From NCBI GenBank assembly GCA_964016885.1, contig OZ024740.1:96286001-96350000 (forward strand): a DNA stretch of 64,000 nt. The letters are read 5' to 3'. The notes under the pieces were generated by a model that did not search any database, had not been told where the DNA came from, and saw only the letters and a program-made list of their open reading frames with translations. This DNA is from Eledone cirrhosa (taxonomy: Eukaryota). Within the stretch, counting starts at the first letter, position 1. Each line of letters begins with the position of its first letter. Shown here piece by piece: positions 11,740-27,892 of the stretch. A program made the position numbers and the translations under genes.

Positions 11740-14127
11740 AAACAACTGTGATATAACAATTCTTAGTACAAATGATACCCAGAGCACCAAACACAACTCT
11801 CAGAAAATGGAAATCCCCAGGAAAAGACAAAATGCCACATTTTTGGATAAATGCCTTCGCAGAGTCTCCTGAGCTGTTATCCCAACTTTACAATGTAATA
11901 GTTAAGGAGCCAGAAAAGATACCATCATGGCTAGTTAACGGCATTACATTCCTGCTTCCAAAGAATGTTGAGACAAACAATCCCAATAATTACAGACCGA
12001 TAACTTGTTTGATCACAATGTATAACATTTTAACATAAGTCCTAACTGAAAATATATATGACCACATGATAACAAATGACCTTTTTCCCAATGAGCAGAA
12101 AGGGTGTAAACGAGGCTCATATGGTTGTAAGGATCAGCTTTTGGTTAACAAAATGATACTGGAAGATTGTCATAATACACACAAAATTCTATCAATTGCT
12201 TGAATAGATTATAAAAATGCATTCGATAGTTTGCCACACAGTTGGATTGAAAAATGTTTAGAGATTTTCAAAATATCTCCCGTTGTCAGGAGGTTCCTGT
12301 CATTCAGTATGAAGACATTGAAAACGACACGCCTTTTGAATAGTGAAACAAAATCACTGGAAGCTGGAGAAGTTAATATTAATTCTGGAATTGTTCAGGG
12401 TGACTCTTCATCACCGCTTTCATTCTGCATCGCGTTTATACCATTAAGTAAAATGCTCAATGAAACAAATCATGGATATAAAGTCTATGACAAAACCATT
12501 AATCACTTGTTCTACATGGATGACCTGAAACTATTTGCAAAAAAGTGATGAACAATTGCAAGGGCTATTATCCACTATGGAACATTTCAGTGATGACATT
12601 AAAATGGAGTTTGGACTAGATAAATGCTGAAAAGTTCAGACATTAATCTTGATCTGGAGATAAGAGAACTTGATCAAGGGGAAACTTACAAATATCTAGG
12701 TGTTTGTGAAGGAGACGGAATCAATCATTTGACAATGAGGGAAAGTATAAGGAAGGAATGTTACCGCAGAGTAAGAGAAATCTTAAGAACGGAATTGAAT
12801 GCTATAAACACGCTTGCCATACCAGTAGTAACCTAGAGTTACAATCTCATCAACTGGTCAAGCACAGAGATCCGTAGGCTCGATACAAAAATTAGAAAAT
12901 TCTTAACCATGCACAGAATGCGTCACCCTAAGTCAGATACAGATAGAATATATATCCCAAGGAAAGAAGGAAGACGTGGGTTAATCCAGTTAGATATTGC
13001 GTTGAAAACTGCAACAATTGGATTATCTACATATCTAAGGGAATAACATGATTGGATGATCAAACTCGTTTTGAAACACGAAAGCATCAAATGATCATAC
13101 TCCATTACAAAAGATGCACAAAGATAGAGTAATGGACTACAAATTTCAGAAGTCCCATTTACTGCTGAAATGGAAAACACAGAAAAAGCAAAGCAGGTAA
13201 AAGTAACTGCAAAGAAAGAACTGCTACAGAAACTGGCTAAGAAATGGCAAGAAAAGCCTCTGTATGGAAAATACCCAGAAAGAGCTAATAATCCTGATGT
13301 TTACAAAACTTTAACACATTAGTGGTTGGCATCCTCTGGACTGAAATTGGAGACTGAAGGACTGATTATATCAGCACATGATCAGTGTTTGCCAACAACA
13401 AATTACCAAGCCAGCATAATAAAAATGGATGCAGCCCATTATGCGGTGTATGTAAAAAAACAACCAGAGACCATTGATCATATAATTTCAATGTGCAGTC
13501 CTATAGCTCCAGCCGAATAACTAAACAGGTATGACCGAGTTGCACAATACATACATTGGATGATGAGTAAGCATTTTGACCTGCCACATCAAAAGAATTG
13601 GTGGGAGCATCAACCACCTCCCATACTTGAAAAAATTCACATCTCAATCTTGTGGAACTTTAGCATCGAAACGGACCGAAAAACAAATGCAAATAGACCT
13701 GATATAATACTGAAGGACTTTAAAAATAGGGTATGCCTGCTAATTGATATGTCGATTCCAATAGACAAGAATGTATCTATAATAACATTTGAAAATTTGA
13801 GCAAGTATAAGGACCGGGAGATAGAAATTGGATAAATGTGGAAATTGAGAACTAAAACAATACCAGTGGCTGTAGGCGCTCTAGGAATGATACCTAAGGG
13901 CTCTAATGATTACTTATCGCAAATTCCAGGAAGCCCGCGTATAGGAGAAATACAAAAGATAGTACTAATATCCTAAGGAAGATTCTACCAATATAAGTAC
14001 ATCACAAGATGTATGTGTGTGTATCTATGTTCTGTCTTGAACATGGCGGACCTTGTTGTCTCTTGAGGTCACTGGTTGTGACTTGGTGATAACTCGTATG
14101 AACATAAAGCAAGATAAATGCAGCTGT
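11740..14127 (+). mobile_element. R4/Dong-clade RLE LINE, family 1, 5'-truncated and decayed
   Basis: Motifs WKSPGKD, NYRPITCL, GIVQGDSSSPL, INHLFYMDDLKLF, ETIDHIISMC and NRPDIILKD...LIDMSIP. Many stops and frameshifts. The 3' UTR ends in (AAT)n at 14128. Confidence 0.9.
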
Positions 14128-14167
14128 AATAATAATAATAATAATAATAATCATAATAGTAATAATA

Positions 14168-15600
14168 ATATATGTATGCAATTTGGTATTAGTAAGTGTG
14201 GAGACCTTGTGATGGAGACGGGTAAATTGAGTAGAAGCAACATAATACAGGTACCAATAGGTGAGATGATAAAGGAAATTGATACTGAAGAAGAATGCAC
14301 ATATTTAGGTGTTCTGGAGGCTGAAGACATCAAGAACAAAAAAATGAAGGAATTGATAAGTTCTGAATACGTTCGGAGAGTAAGGAGCGTATTAAAGTCA
14401 CATCTGAACAGCAGGAATGCCATAAGTGCAGTAAATTCCCGTGCTCTGTCTATTATCAGGTACATTGCGGGAATTATGATATGGAATGTTGCTGAACAAA
14501 AAGAAATGGATACGAAGACTAGGAATCTATTGGCTATCTACAACATGTTCCACAAGAGGAGTGATGTCGAGAGACTCTACTTAAGGATATCTGAAGGTGG
14601 AAGAGGTCTTAACAGCATAGAGGACTGTGTTCAGATGGAGAAGAACAAACTACATAAATACGTGACTGATATTAGGGAGCCAATGCTCAGAATTGTACTG
14701 AAGGAGAGGACAATAGACCAGGGGATGTCCAAGGAGGGAATAACAAGGAGAAAGAGCAACCTTCATGAAAAATCCCTTCATAGTACCTTCTTTGAGAAAA
14801 CTGAATTTAGAGATCCGCAGACATGGAACTTGTTGAAAAGGGGAGACCTTAAAAAGGCTACAGAAGGAATGCTAATGGCTGCGCAAGAGCAGGCTCTCAA
14901 AACGAAGTGGCTGAAACACCATATTTACAAGGAGGTGGCTAGCCCACTGTGTAGGATCTGTGGAGAGAGAGAGAGGAGATTGTAGCTCACATTGTATCCG
15001 AGTGTAAACGCCTAGCCCAGACTCACTATAAAGGCTGGATACATGATATGATGGGCAGGGTGATCCACTGGCACCTATGCAAAGTAAACAATTTACCACA
15101 TCCTGAGAAGTGGTATGAACATAAGCCAGAGTCGGTGATAGAAAACGATCAGGTGAAAGTGCTGTGGGATTTTAGGATACAGACGGACAAGAAATTGGAA
15201 CACAATAGACCTGACCTGGGGGTTTAGGACAAGGAAAACAATTCGTGCCTGACTGTGGATGTACCCTGCCCATTCGACACGAGAGTACAAGAGAAGGAGA
15301 GGGAGAAAATTAACCGCTACCAGGACTTAAAGTAGGAGGTAAAAAGGATTTGGAACTGCCATGAAGTCAAAGTTGTCCCAATTGTCATAGGCGTACTAAG
15401 TACTATCTCAAAGAGTTTCCAAGGATCGTTAAAGAAAATTGGTCCCGCCCCGCGTTTTGGAACACTTCAAAATGCATGCTTGCTGGGAACAGCAAAACCC
15501 TCCGATACGTCCTGAATATCTGAGGCTGCAGGTAGTGGGTTGATATTCATTTCAACAAACTTTCCAGTTAAATAACATCAATGAATGAGACTCAAAGGAC
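14168..15600 (+). mobile_element. R4/Dong-clade RLE LINE, family 2, short 5'-truncated copy
   Basis: Colinear with 17534-18950 (ICMQFGISKCG, DVERLYL...GGRGL, AAQEQAL, CRICG). Bracketed by (AAT)n. Confidence 0.92.
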
Positions 15601-15633
<33 letters not shown>

Positions 15634-18600
15634 TGAATAAGAATTGAATAGAACTGTTATGCAATGTTACCTGAAAAGTAACCCCAAGGAGAGGGGCTAT
15701 AGGAGACGGATGCATAACATCTGGAACGAGATTGGTCTATTTAAATTAGATGAACAAAAACTGGCCGGGAAGGCTCGGCTAATAAGAACTAATGGGTGGA
15801 TAAGCGAGCTGGAACTGGAGGAACTGAGTTGAGAGATTAGCTTGGAGATGGAGGGTGGAGTATGCCAGGCAAACGAGCCAGTGGGAAATGAAGGTGAAGA
15901 GGTCGAGAGAACGGAGGAACCACCCGAAGCAGACAATGATCTGAATACTGAGATAAATAATACCTGGAACAGAGATATAGCCACTGAGGAGATGAATGCT
16001 GACGGGCTAGGACAAGATTCGGTTGACATCCTAAATTTAGTGGTAGATGAATTGAACAATGATAGTGGGAGACCTATGAACCTAAAATTTGTAGACAGGA
16101 AAAAGTTAAAAGAAACAACAGCTAAGGTAAACAAAGTCATCCCATGCCTTGAGGCGAGGAGCCTTCACCAGTGCAACAATATCCTCAAAGCAACAGCAAA
16201 TACGGTGAGGAAACTACTTGATATAAAAGCGAGAGGAAACAACAAACAAGAAAGAGCAGAGCCTTGGTGGAAGAAACGACTGAGTGGTCAAATCAGGGAA
16301 ATAAGAAATGACATTGGAAAGCTTGAGTCACTACTGAATGGGACGCTACAAAACATAGGCACTAAAAATAGACTGGAAATAAAATACAAAACTAGGAGGA
16401 AAAAGCTAAATATTATCATAGAGGAACTGAAGCAACGCATTGTAGCAAAGAGTGCAAAAATCAGGCGATACGAGAACAGAGTCAGTCAGTATAAACAGAA
16501 CCGCATGTTCGACAACAACCAGAAGATGCTGTTTGGACAGCTTGAGGGGAGAGAAAGAGGCAACGACTTGATCCCTCAGGCGGAACAAACTAAAACATTC
16601 TGGAGAGGAATATGGGAGCAGGATGTTAGACATAATGACCAGGCAGTGTGGATTGAGACAGTACAGAGTGAGATCGGTGAGCAGGCACACCACAAACTGA
16701 TTTGAGTATCACAGTTGAAACTCTTAAGGGGCAGGCCAAAAATCTAACCAACTGGAAATCACCAGGCCCAGATGGTGTGCAGGGGTATTTGATTAAACAT
16801 TTAACATCCCTCCACCCGAAACTGACAACCATGTTCAATGACTGCTTGATGTCAGGTGAGGTAGCAGAGTGGTTGACAAAAGGTACCACAGTTCTGATAA
16901 TGAAAGACCGAATCAAGGATAATGATGTCACCAACTATAGACCTATCACATGTCTGTCCGTAATGTGGAAACTGTTGACGAGCATTGTGTCTGAGGAAAT
17001 CTACCATCACCTCCACAAAAACAACTTGTTACCGGACGAACAGAAAGGATGCCGTAAGAAGCCACGTGTTACAAAGGACCAGTTACTTATTGATAAGATG
17101 GTAATGGGGAATTGCAGGAGGAGACACACTGATCTTGCCATGGGATGGATAGACTACAGAAAAGCATTGGACATGGTGCCTCAATCTTGGATCACCAAAA
17201 GCCTGGAGATCTTCAAGGTGGCAGATAACATCAGACAGTTGCTGGGCAGGAGTATGATGTCCTGGGAAACAGAGTTGACATCAACTGGAGAATCCTTGGG
17301 AAGCGTGAAGATCAAGAGAGGTATCTTCCAGGGAGATAGCCTGCCCCCTCTGTTGTTTGTCCTTGCCCTGATGCCCCTGACCATTGTGCTGCGAAGAGTG
17401 AGAGCAGGATACAAGTTGGGAAAGGGAGAGCTTACCATCAATCACTTCCTCTTCATGGACGATCTTAAGCTCTTCGGGAAGAGTGAGAAGAGTTGGATGT
17501 GCTTGTTGACACTGTCCGTATTTTCAGCAGTGATATATGTATGCAGTTTGGTATTAGTAAGTGTGGAGTCATTGTGATGAGGAGGGGTAGGTTGAGCAGA
17601 AGTAACGGAATCCAGATACCAACAGGTGAGATGATAAAGGAAATTGACTCTGAGGAAGGATACAAGTATTTGGGCGTTCTGGAGGCTGATGGCATAAAGA
17701 ACAAAAAAATGAAGGAATTATTAAGAACTGAATACATTCGGAGAGTAAGAAGCGTATTGGACTCACATCTGAACAGCAGAAATGCCATAAAGCTGAAAAT
17801 TCCCGAGCTGTGTCTATTATTAGGTACAGTGCGGGAATTCTGAGATGGAATGTTGCTGAACAAAAAGAAATGGATAGGAAGACTAGGAAGCTATTGACTA
17901 TCTACAACATGTTCCACAAGAGGAGTGATGTCGATAGACTCTACCTAAGGAGATCTCAGGGTGGAAGAGGTCTTATCAGCATAGAGGACTGTGTTCCGAT
18001 GGAGAAAAACAACCTACACAAATTCGTGACTGATAGTAATGAGCCAATGTTCAGAACTGTACTGAAGGAGGGGACAATAGGCCAGGGGATGTCCAAGGAG
18101 GAAATAACATCAAGGAGAAAGAGCAGGCTTCAGGGAAAATCCCTTCATAGTACCTTCTTTGAGAAAACTGAATTTAGAGATCCACAGACATGGAACTGGC
18201 TGAGAAGAGGAGACCTCAAAAAGGCTACAGAAGGAATGTTAATGGCTGCGCAGGAGCAGACCATCAACACGAAGTGGTTGAAACACCATATTTACAAGGA
18301 CGAGGCTAGCCCACTGTGAAGGATCTGTGGAGAGAGAGAGGAGACTGTCGCTCACATTGTATCCGAGTGTAAACACCTAGCCCAGACCCACTATAAGGGC
18401 TGGAGACATGATATGATGAGCAGGGTGATCCACTGGCACCTGTGCAAAGTAAACAATTTACCACATTCTGCGAAATAGTATGAGCATAAGCCAGAGGCGT
18501 TGATGGAGAACTATCAGGACATTTTAGGATACAGACGGACAAGAAACTGGAACACAATAGACCTGACCTCATGGTTGTGGACAAAGAAAAAAGATCGTCT

Positions 18601-18950
18601 CTGATTGTGGATGTGGCCTGCCCATTCGACACGAGAGTGCAAAAGAAGGAGAGGGAGAACATTAACCGCTACCAGGACTTAAAGTGGGAGGTAAAAAGGA
18701 TTTGGAACTGCCATGAAGTCAAAGTGATCCCGATTGTCATAGGTGCACTGGGGACTATCTCCAAAAGTTTCCAGGGATGGTTAAAGAAAATCGGCCCCTT
18801 CACGCTTTTTGGAACGCTTCAAAAGGCATGCTTGCTGGGAACAGCAAGAACCCTCCGATACGTCCTGAATATCTGAGGCTGCAGGTCGTGGCTTGATATT
18901 CATTACAACGGACTTTCCAGTTAACTAACATCAATGACTGAGATTAAAGG
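15634..18950 (+). mobile_element. R4/Dong-clade RLE LINE, family 2, near full ORF length, frameshifted
   Basis: N-terminal motif CYLKSNPKERGYRRRMHNIW. RT motifs WKSPGPDG, NYRPITCL, WIDYRKALD, GIFQGDSL, FMDD. RLE C-terminus IVDVACPFD...RYQDLKWE...IPIVIGALG. (AAT)n on both sides. Confidence 0.93.
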
Positions 18951-19344
18951 AATAATAATAATAATAATAATAATTGTTGATATATCAGATGTTGCTCCGG
19001 CTGCCATGTATATCACTAATTCTCTTTCGATGTAGGTGGGCTTGATATTTTTTGCCGGCGAGTGAATGGTATATATGAGGATATCACCAGCTCTGACATA
19101 TGTTTTTGATGCCCTGTTTTTTTGTTATTCTAAATTCTACTCTGCTATTGCTTCCTAAATAAATTTTGTGAGATGTGAAGCTGAACTTTAACTAACCGAC
19201 AATTTTACGTTTTTAAGTGAGTGCGGGTGTGCTTAATTATCCGTTTTCCATCTTATTTTGTCTGATAGCGTTACTCTTTTGCAATAAACACAAATACTCA
19301 TACCAGGTACTGACTCAAAATTCATTTAACTATTTAACTGTATA

Positions 19345-19430
<86 letters not shown>

Positions 19431-19959
19431 TTTCAGTGTGTGCCCGAACAAGTCTGTGTAAGTAGTAAGTAAGACTGAAAGAGTACACTACGAAAGTGAA
19501 ACCACGTGGGTTACTCTGAAAAAAGAATGTTTATACCTTTAATGCAATTGGTAAGCAATATCAGAAAAGGTTAACATTAATCTCCGGTAAGGCGTACACT
19601 TCACTGTGGAATACTCAGACCATTGCTTGTATCTTATCAATCAGGAGGTTCTCATGTGGAACACCCGTCGTCGGAATTGAAGGAGAGTCATCAAACACAC
19701 GCGCACACACACACACATATACACACACATACACACATGCACACAATCACACACACATTGTTATCACATCTGCAACTTATATAATGAGTTACGATCTTGA
19801 GATGAGCAGATTATCCTGGCCATTGGAGGTATATGAATTCAGAGCGCAAACATCGGGATTAATTACCATAATGTATTATTTCTAATGCACTAATGACTGA
19901 CCATTCATATCCAACTTTTCACATACAAATAAACATAAATGAACTCCAACCAAAATTAA

Positions 19960-20384
19960 AAAAACGAAATTAAATAGAAAGCATGAGTGGAGTAGCAACA
20001 TCACAACTTACAAGTAAGGACAAAATGAAAACACACACACACATAGAACAAACACCAACCAGTAACATGTAAATAACCAAACAAATAAACAAATATAACA
20101 CACACAGACACCCACATGCGCAAACTGAGCACACAACACACACAAAAACAAGATGGCGTAGGACAGAACAAAGGAGAGGCACAAAAACAAAGAAAAGAAT
20201 ACCCAGTCGCGGAAGAGATCACAGAATGTGTGACGAAAGAACTATTACAATATATGAAGTCTGGTTGTGGAACCAACCAACCAACCAACCGGAAATTTAT
20301 GAATTTAATTTATAATAAATTGAAGTGAAAGCAAATTGGTGCGTGTGTTTTTTATTGGCAACATGACCCTCCCAAAGTATAACA
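19960..20384 (+). mobile_element. Family A-related element with a decayed hammerhead (CGGAAGA 20210-20216, stem II TCACA/TGTGA, GAAA 20235-20238, GAACTA)
   Basis: Ends CATGACCCTCCCAAAGTATAACAA. Shares ATGGCGTAG and CATGCGCAAA with the 1-684 copy and is colinear with the 23129-23481 arms. Left boundary approximate. Confidence 0.55.
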
Positions 20385-22633
20385 ACATATACAAATAGTT
20401 GTTGGAAAACATATTGAAATCAATCCCAATGGAAGGAAGAAACATCCAAAGTAATTCATTTAATTTACGTAGTTTCCGTGTGCTGCTGGAATATTTAAGC
20501 ATTTAATTTAACCAGAAATATTTAAGTTAACCAGAAAAAATAATTGAATACTTGCTCTTTGGGGATGTGAAGTAATCAACCATTCCTCATTGATAAATTA
20601 TTTCAAGCTGCACGCGGGTAATGTTAATTAACAGAACATTCTTTTACAGACAGTTTGCGCATACAATAGGGAAATCGAAATGGAATTAGGTTTAGTTTAA
20701 GGCGTCATCACACACAAAATGTAACAAGTAATACAGTGGACAACTAATGCCTTGTTAACTTAACGAAACATGGAAGAAATGATTGAGACAAAAATAAACT
20801 AACGAATAATTGTCCATGTCTGAAAACAAACCTTTCAAAGGAAAGTACAAATTTCTAAGGACTATTATTGAATTATTAGATCGAGGGTTAATACTGATAT
20901 AATTTCCAAATATAAGGTAATATCCATTACTAACTTAAATATTCCAGTAATAATTTATATTTCTAAATTGAAAATATTATCTAAGGGACAATAATGCAAT
21001 TAGTCAGCGTAGACAGGAAAAACAGTTAAAACAATGATTATATTTATAATATTTGCCATACAGAGCCGGCACCTCAATAATATATTTACATTCATACGGA
21101 AGTACAGCAGGGATGTTCTCTAAATTGAAATAGATTATAGAATATAAATGATATGCATAATAAAAACGATAAGTACCGAATAATGTATTATGAAATTTGC
21201 TACAAAATATGTCTAAAAATTAATTACTTCCGCCTTCAGAATTTTTTTCATTTTCTTTACACTATTAAGAGCTTATGACAATAAGGGGCCCGAAGAGGAC
21301 GACGATCTAATGCTAAATGCATTAATGCCTTATTTATATAAGGAATTCTAATGGTCATAGAATTTGTGCAGCAAGGACTGACCGTAGCCGTTATTGAAGG
21401 GTTTGGTTTGCTTGTCACATCATAGGAGATAGGAGTTAGCATCTCGAGTGCATTCTATGTCTAAAGTAGAATTAACAAGGGTCCATTCGACGCAAGGGGA
21501 AGTGAGCTGATTGAACTAACTGTGGCAAAACAGATGAAAGATACTAGAAATCTGTAGGTCAGAATATCAAGACTGCCCTTTCCTTTATGTCAATCAGTGA
21601 TTGTTACCTGATTGTGGGCTAGAGTAATTTAATTTGTAATAGTATTGCTGCCCTGTATGAGGGAGTTTTACCTTATGTTGAACGTCATTTGTATGTTGTA
21701 GATTGTCGGCAACTGCCAAGCGATCACAAGGTTTCTGGCTCTCACGAGAAAGGTCAATCTTTGATATAGAGATGAATAACGTTATCCATACATGTTCATC
21801 GGGAGATATTCTCAGTGAATTTGTTTGCTGCATATGTTTAAAATAGGAATGTCATTATGGCTATTGATGTGAGTGAGACACATAATATTGTGACATATAA
21901 GCGATACATCTTATGTGAATAGAGAAGCAGTAAGGGAATATGCATATACAATTAAACAGGGACACAATATAGAGGCCTGCAGCATAACACAAAATGTGTA
22001 TGCATAGTTAAAACCCAGCAAGATTTTACAGTTAAAAAATATACACAGTGATATGCCAGCGTTTGTTGAATAGACTTCGGCAAGAAGCAAATATGAAGTT
22101 GATATACTCCAAAGCCAAGGTTTTTTGACTTTCTATATGACAATTCCGAATCACATAATGAAAGAATTACTACGTATACCAAAGGCAGAAGCGGATGTAT
22201 AGAAAGAAAAACAAACTTCATTGTTTCGCGTTGCGTATATTATAACAAAATATATTATATACATAGCTGGGTCAATCACATAAGTCAAACTTAGCCATCA
22301 TCACACGCGGGATACGTATGAGCATAGTACAGGCGGATCAGCTTCAACTAAGAAAATAATTATGAGAATTCAGCTACCGTAATATATCGTTACATCACCG
22401 TCACACGATTATTTAGTTCAAAATAATAAGAGCAACTCTTTATTTAATTTTATATTTTACTGCATCAAGCACTTCACTCTACTTTTCTGCCTCACCTCCG
22501 GCATCACATATAAAGGACGTCTTCCTGCAATATCCACACAGAGAAACCACGTACAAGCATTCACATACGTCCAAACGCTCGTGTATACATAAATACACAC
22601 ACGCACCCACACATAAACACACACACACACACG

Positions 22634-22800
<167 letters not shown>

Positions 22801-22815
22801 GTATATATATATATG

Positions 22816-22932
<117 letters not shown>

Positions 22933-22935
22933 TAA

Positions 22936-23095
<160 letters not shown>

Positions 23096-23097
23096 GC

Positions 23098-23128
<31 letters not shown>

Positions 23129-23129
<1 letters not shown>

Positions 23130-23480
23130 TGTTATAATTTGGGAGGGTCATGTTGCCAATAAGAAACACACGCACCGGTTGCTTTCACTTCAATTTATTA
23201 TATATTTATAAATTTATAAATTTACAAATCTACAAACCTATAAATTTCTGGTTGGTTGGTTGGTTCCACAACCAGATAGTTGTTTATATATATAGTCATA
23301 GTCCTTTCGTCACACACTCTGTATAAACAACTATCTGGTTGTGGAACCAACCAACCAACCAGAAATTTATAGGTTTGTAGATTTGTAAATTTATATATTT
23401 ATAAATATATAATAAATTGAAGTGAAAGCAACTGGTGCGTGTGTTTCTTATTGGCAACATGACCCTCCCAAAGTATAACA

Positions 23481-23481
<1 letters not shown>
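23129..23481. mobile_element. Foldback (inverted duplicate) of the family A 3' end
   Basis: Arms 23129-23288 and 23322-23481 are near-perfect reverse complements. The 33-nt spacer carries the 3' half of the hammerhead (minus strand TGTGAC-GAAA-GGACTA-TGACT). Confidence 0.85.
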
Positions 23482-23514
<33 letters not shown>

Positions 23515-23515
23515 G

Positions 23516-23693
<178 letters not shown>

Positions 23694-23694
23694 G

Positions 23695-23838
<144 letters not shown>

Positions 23839-23853
23839 GTATATATATATATG

Positions 23854-23902
<49 letters not shown>

Positions 23903-23931
23903 GTATATATATATATGTATATATATATATG

Positions 23932-24030
<99 letters not shown>

Positions 24031-24043
24031 GTATATATATATG

Positions 24044-24090
<47 letters not shown>

Positions 24091-24114
24091 GTATATATAT
24101 TATATATATATATG

Positions 24115-24191
<77 letters not shown>

Positions 24192-24242
24192 ATATATATA
24201 AGTGTATATGTATATATATATATGTATGTATATATATATAAG

Positions 24243-24290
<48 letters not shown>

Positions 24291-24296
24291 TATATG

Positions 24297-24396
<100 letters not shown>

Positions 24397-24397
24397 G

Positions 24398-24449
<52 letters not shown>

Positions 24450-24483
24450 ATATATATATATATGTATATATATATTATATATG

Positions 24484-24586
<103 letters not shown>

Positions 24587-24713
24587 GTATATATATGTAT
24601 ATATATGTATATATATATATGTATATATATGTATATATATATATATGTATATATATATGTATATATATATATATGTATATATATATGTATATATATATAT
24701 GTATATATATATG

Positions 24714-24762
<49 letters not shown>

Positions 24763-24806
24763 GTATAATATATATATATGTATATATATATATATGTATA
24801 TATATG

Positions 24807-24841
<35 letters not shown>

Positions 24842-25013
24842 GTATATATATGTATATATATGTATATATGTATATATGTATATATATATGTATATATATG
24901 TATATATGTATATATATATGTATATATGTATATATATATGTATATATATATGTATATATGTATATATATATGTATATATATATATATGTATGTATATATA
25001 TTATATATATATG

Positions 25014-25046
<33 letters not shown>

Positions 25047-25164
25047 GTATATATATATATATGTATGTATATATATATAATATATGTATATATATATATA
25101 TATAATATGTATATATATATATGTATATATATATATATGTATATATGTATATATGTATATATAC

Positions 25165-25195
<31 letters not shown>

Positions 25196-25378
25196 TATAT
25201 GTATAATACTAATATATATATATGTATATATATATATGTATATATATATATGTATATATATATATGTTATATATATATATGTATATATTATATATGTATA
25301 TATATATATGTATATATATATATGTATATATATATATGTATATATATATATATGTATATATATATAATGTATATTATG

Positions 25379-25432
<54 letters not shown>

Positions 25433-25537
25433 GTATATGTATATATTATATATATATATATATATATGTATATTATATATATATTATATATATATATGTA
25501 TATATATATATGTATATATGTATATATTATATATATG

Positions 25538-25589
<52 letters not shown>

Positions 25590-25622
25590 GTATATATATA
25601 TAGTATATATATATATATATAT

Positions 25623-25691
<69 letters not shown>

Positions 25692-25765
25692 GTTATATAT
25701 GTATATATATATATGTATATATATATATGTATATATATATATGTATATATGTATATATATATATG

Positions 25766-25796
<31 letters not shown>

Positions 25797-25813
25797 GTAT
25801 ATATGTATATATG

Positions 25814-25865
<52 letters not shown>

Positions 25866-25893
25866 GTATATTATAATATATATATATATATTG

Positions 25894-25968
<75 letters not shown>

Positions 25969-26076
25969 ATATATATATATATATATATGTATATATAGAT
26001 ATATATATATAAGTAATGTATATTATATATATATGTATATATATATATTATATTATATATATAGTATATATATATG

Positions 26077-26110
<34 letters not shown>

Positions 26111-26166
26111 GTATATATATATTATATATATTATATATATATGTATATATATATATATATGTATAG

Positions 26167-26278
<112 letters not shown>

Positions 26279-26290
26279 GTATATATATAT

Positions 26291-26419
<129 letters not shown>

Positions 26420-26422
26420 TAT

Positions 26423-26487
<65 letters not shown>

Positions 26488-26571
26488 GTATATATATATA
26501 TATATATATATATACTTATGTATATATATATAAATATATGTATATATATATTATATGTATATATATATATG

Positions 26572-26663
<92 letters not shown>

Positions 26664-26685
26664 TTATATATATATAATATATATG

Positions 26686-26719
<34 letters not shown>

Positions 26720-26787
26720 ATTATATATTATATATTATATATTATATATATATATATATGTATGTATATATATAAATATATATGTAT

Positions 26788-26902
<115 letters not shown>

Positions 26903-27050
26903 GTATATATATGTATATATATATATAATATATATGTATTATATATGTATATATATATATATATATGTATATATATGTATATATATATATATGTATTATG
27001 TATTTATATAGTATATATATATATATGTATATATATATGTATAATATATA

Positions 27051-27097
<47 letters not shown>

Positions 27098-27174
27098 ATA
27101 TGTATATATATAGTATATATGTATATATATGTATATTATATATTATATATATGTTATATATATGATATATATAG

Positions 27175-27205
<31 letters not shown>

Positions 27206-27312
27206 TATATATATATATATGTATATATATAGGATATGTATATATTATATATATATATATATATGTATATAATATATACATTATTATGTATATATATATA
27301 TATATATGTATG

Positions 27313-27361
<49 letters not shown>

Positions 27362-27402
27362 AGTATATGTATAATAGTATACATATATATATATATGTAT
27401 AA

Positions 27403-27511
<109 letters not shown>

Positions 27512-27518
27512 TGTATAT

Positions 27519-27559
<41 letters not shown>

Positions 27560-27565
27560 TATATA

Positions 27566-27765
27566 NNNNNNNNNNNNNNNNNNNNNNNNNNNNNNNNNNN
27601 NNNNNNNNNNNNNNNNNNNNNNNNNNNNNNNNNNNNNNNNNNNNNNNNNNNNNNNNNNNNNNNNNNNNNNNNNNNNNNNNNNNNNNNNNNNNNNNNNNNN
27701 NNNNNNNNNNNNNNNNNNNNNNNNNNNNNNNNNNNNNNNNNNNNNNNNNNNNNNNNNNNNNNNNN
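27566..27765. other. Assembly gap (200 N)
   Basis: Run of N; the round length suggests a scaffolding placeholder. Confidence 0.99.
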
Positions 27766-27892
27766 CGTTAGACAGAGAGAGATACAATTAAAGTGTTAGT
27801 TATTCAGAGATTGAGAGAGAGAGAGTCGGAAGGAAAATGTGACATGGGAGGGTGTGGGTATATTTGCAGTGGAGTGGTGGGGACATGCATAA

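Noticed and set aside
19470-19520. Hammerhead-like CTGAAAGA-GTA-cac-TAC-GAAA...GAAACCACGTGGG
   Set aside because: Two conflicting folds, an altered core and no second copy in the window.
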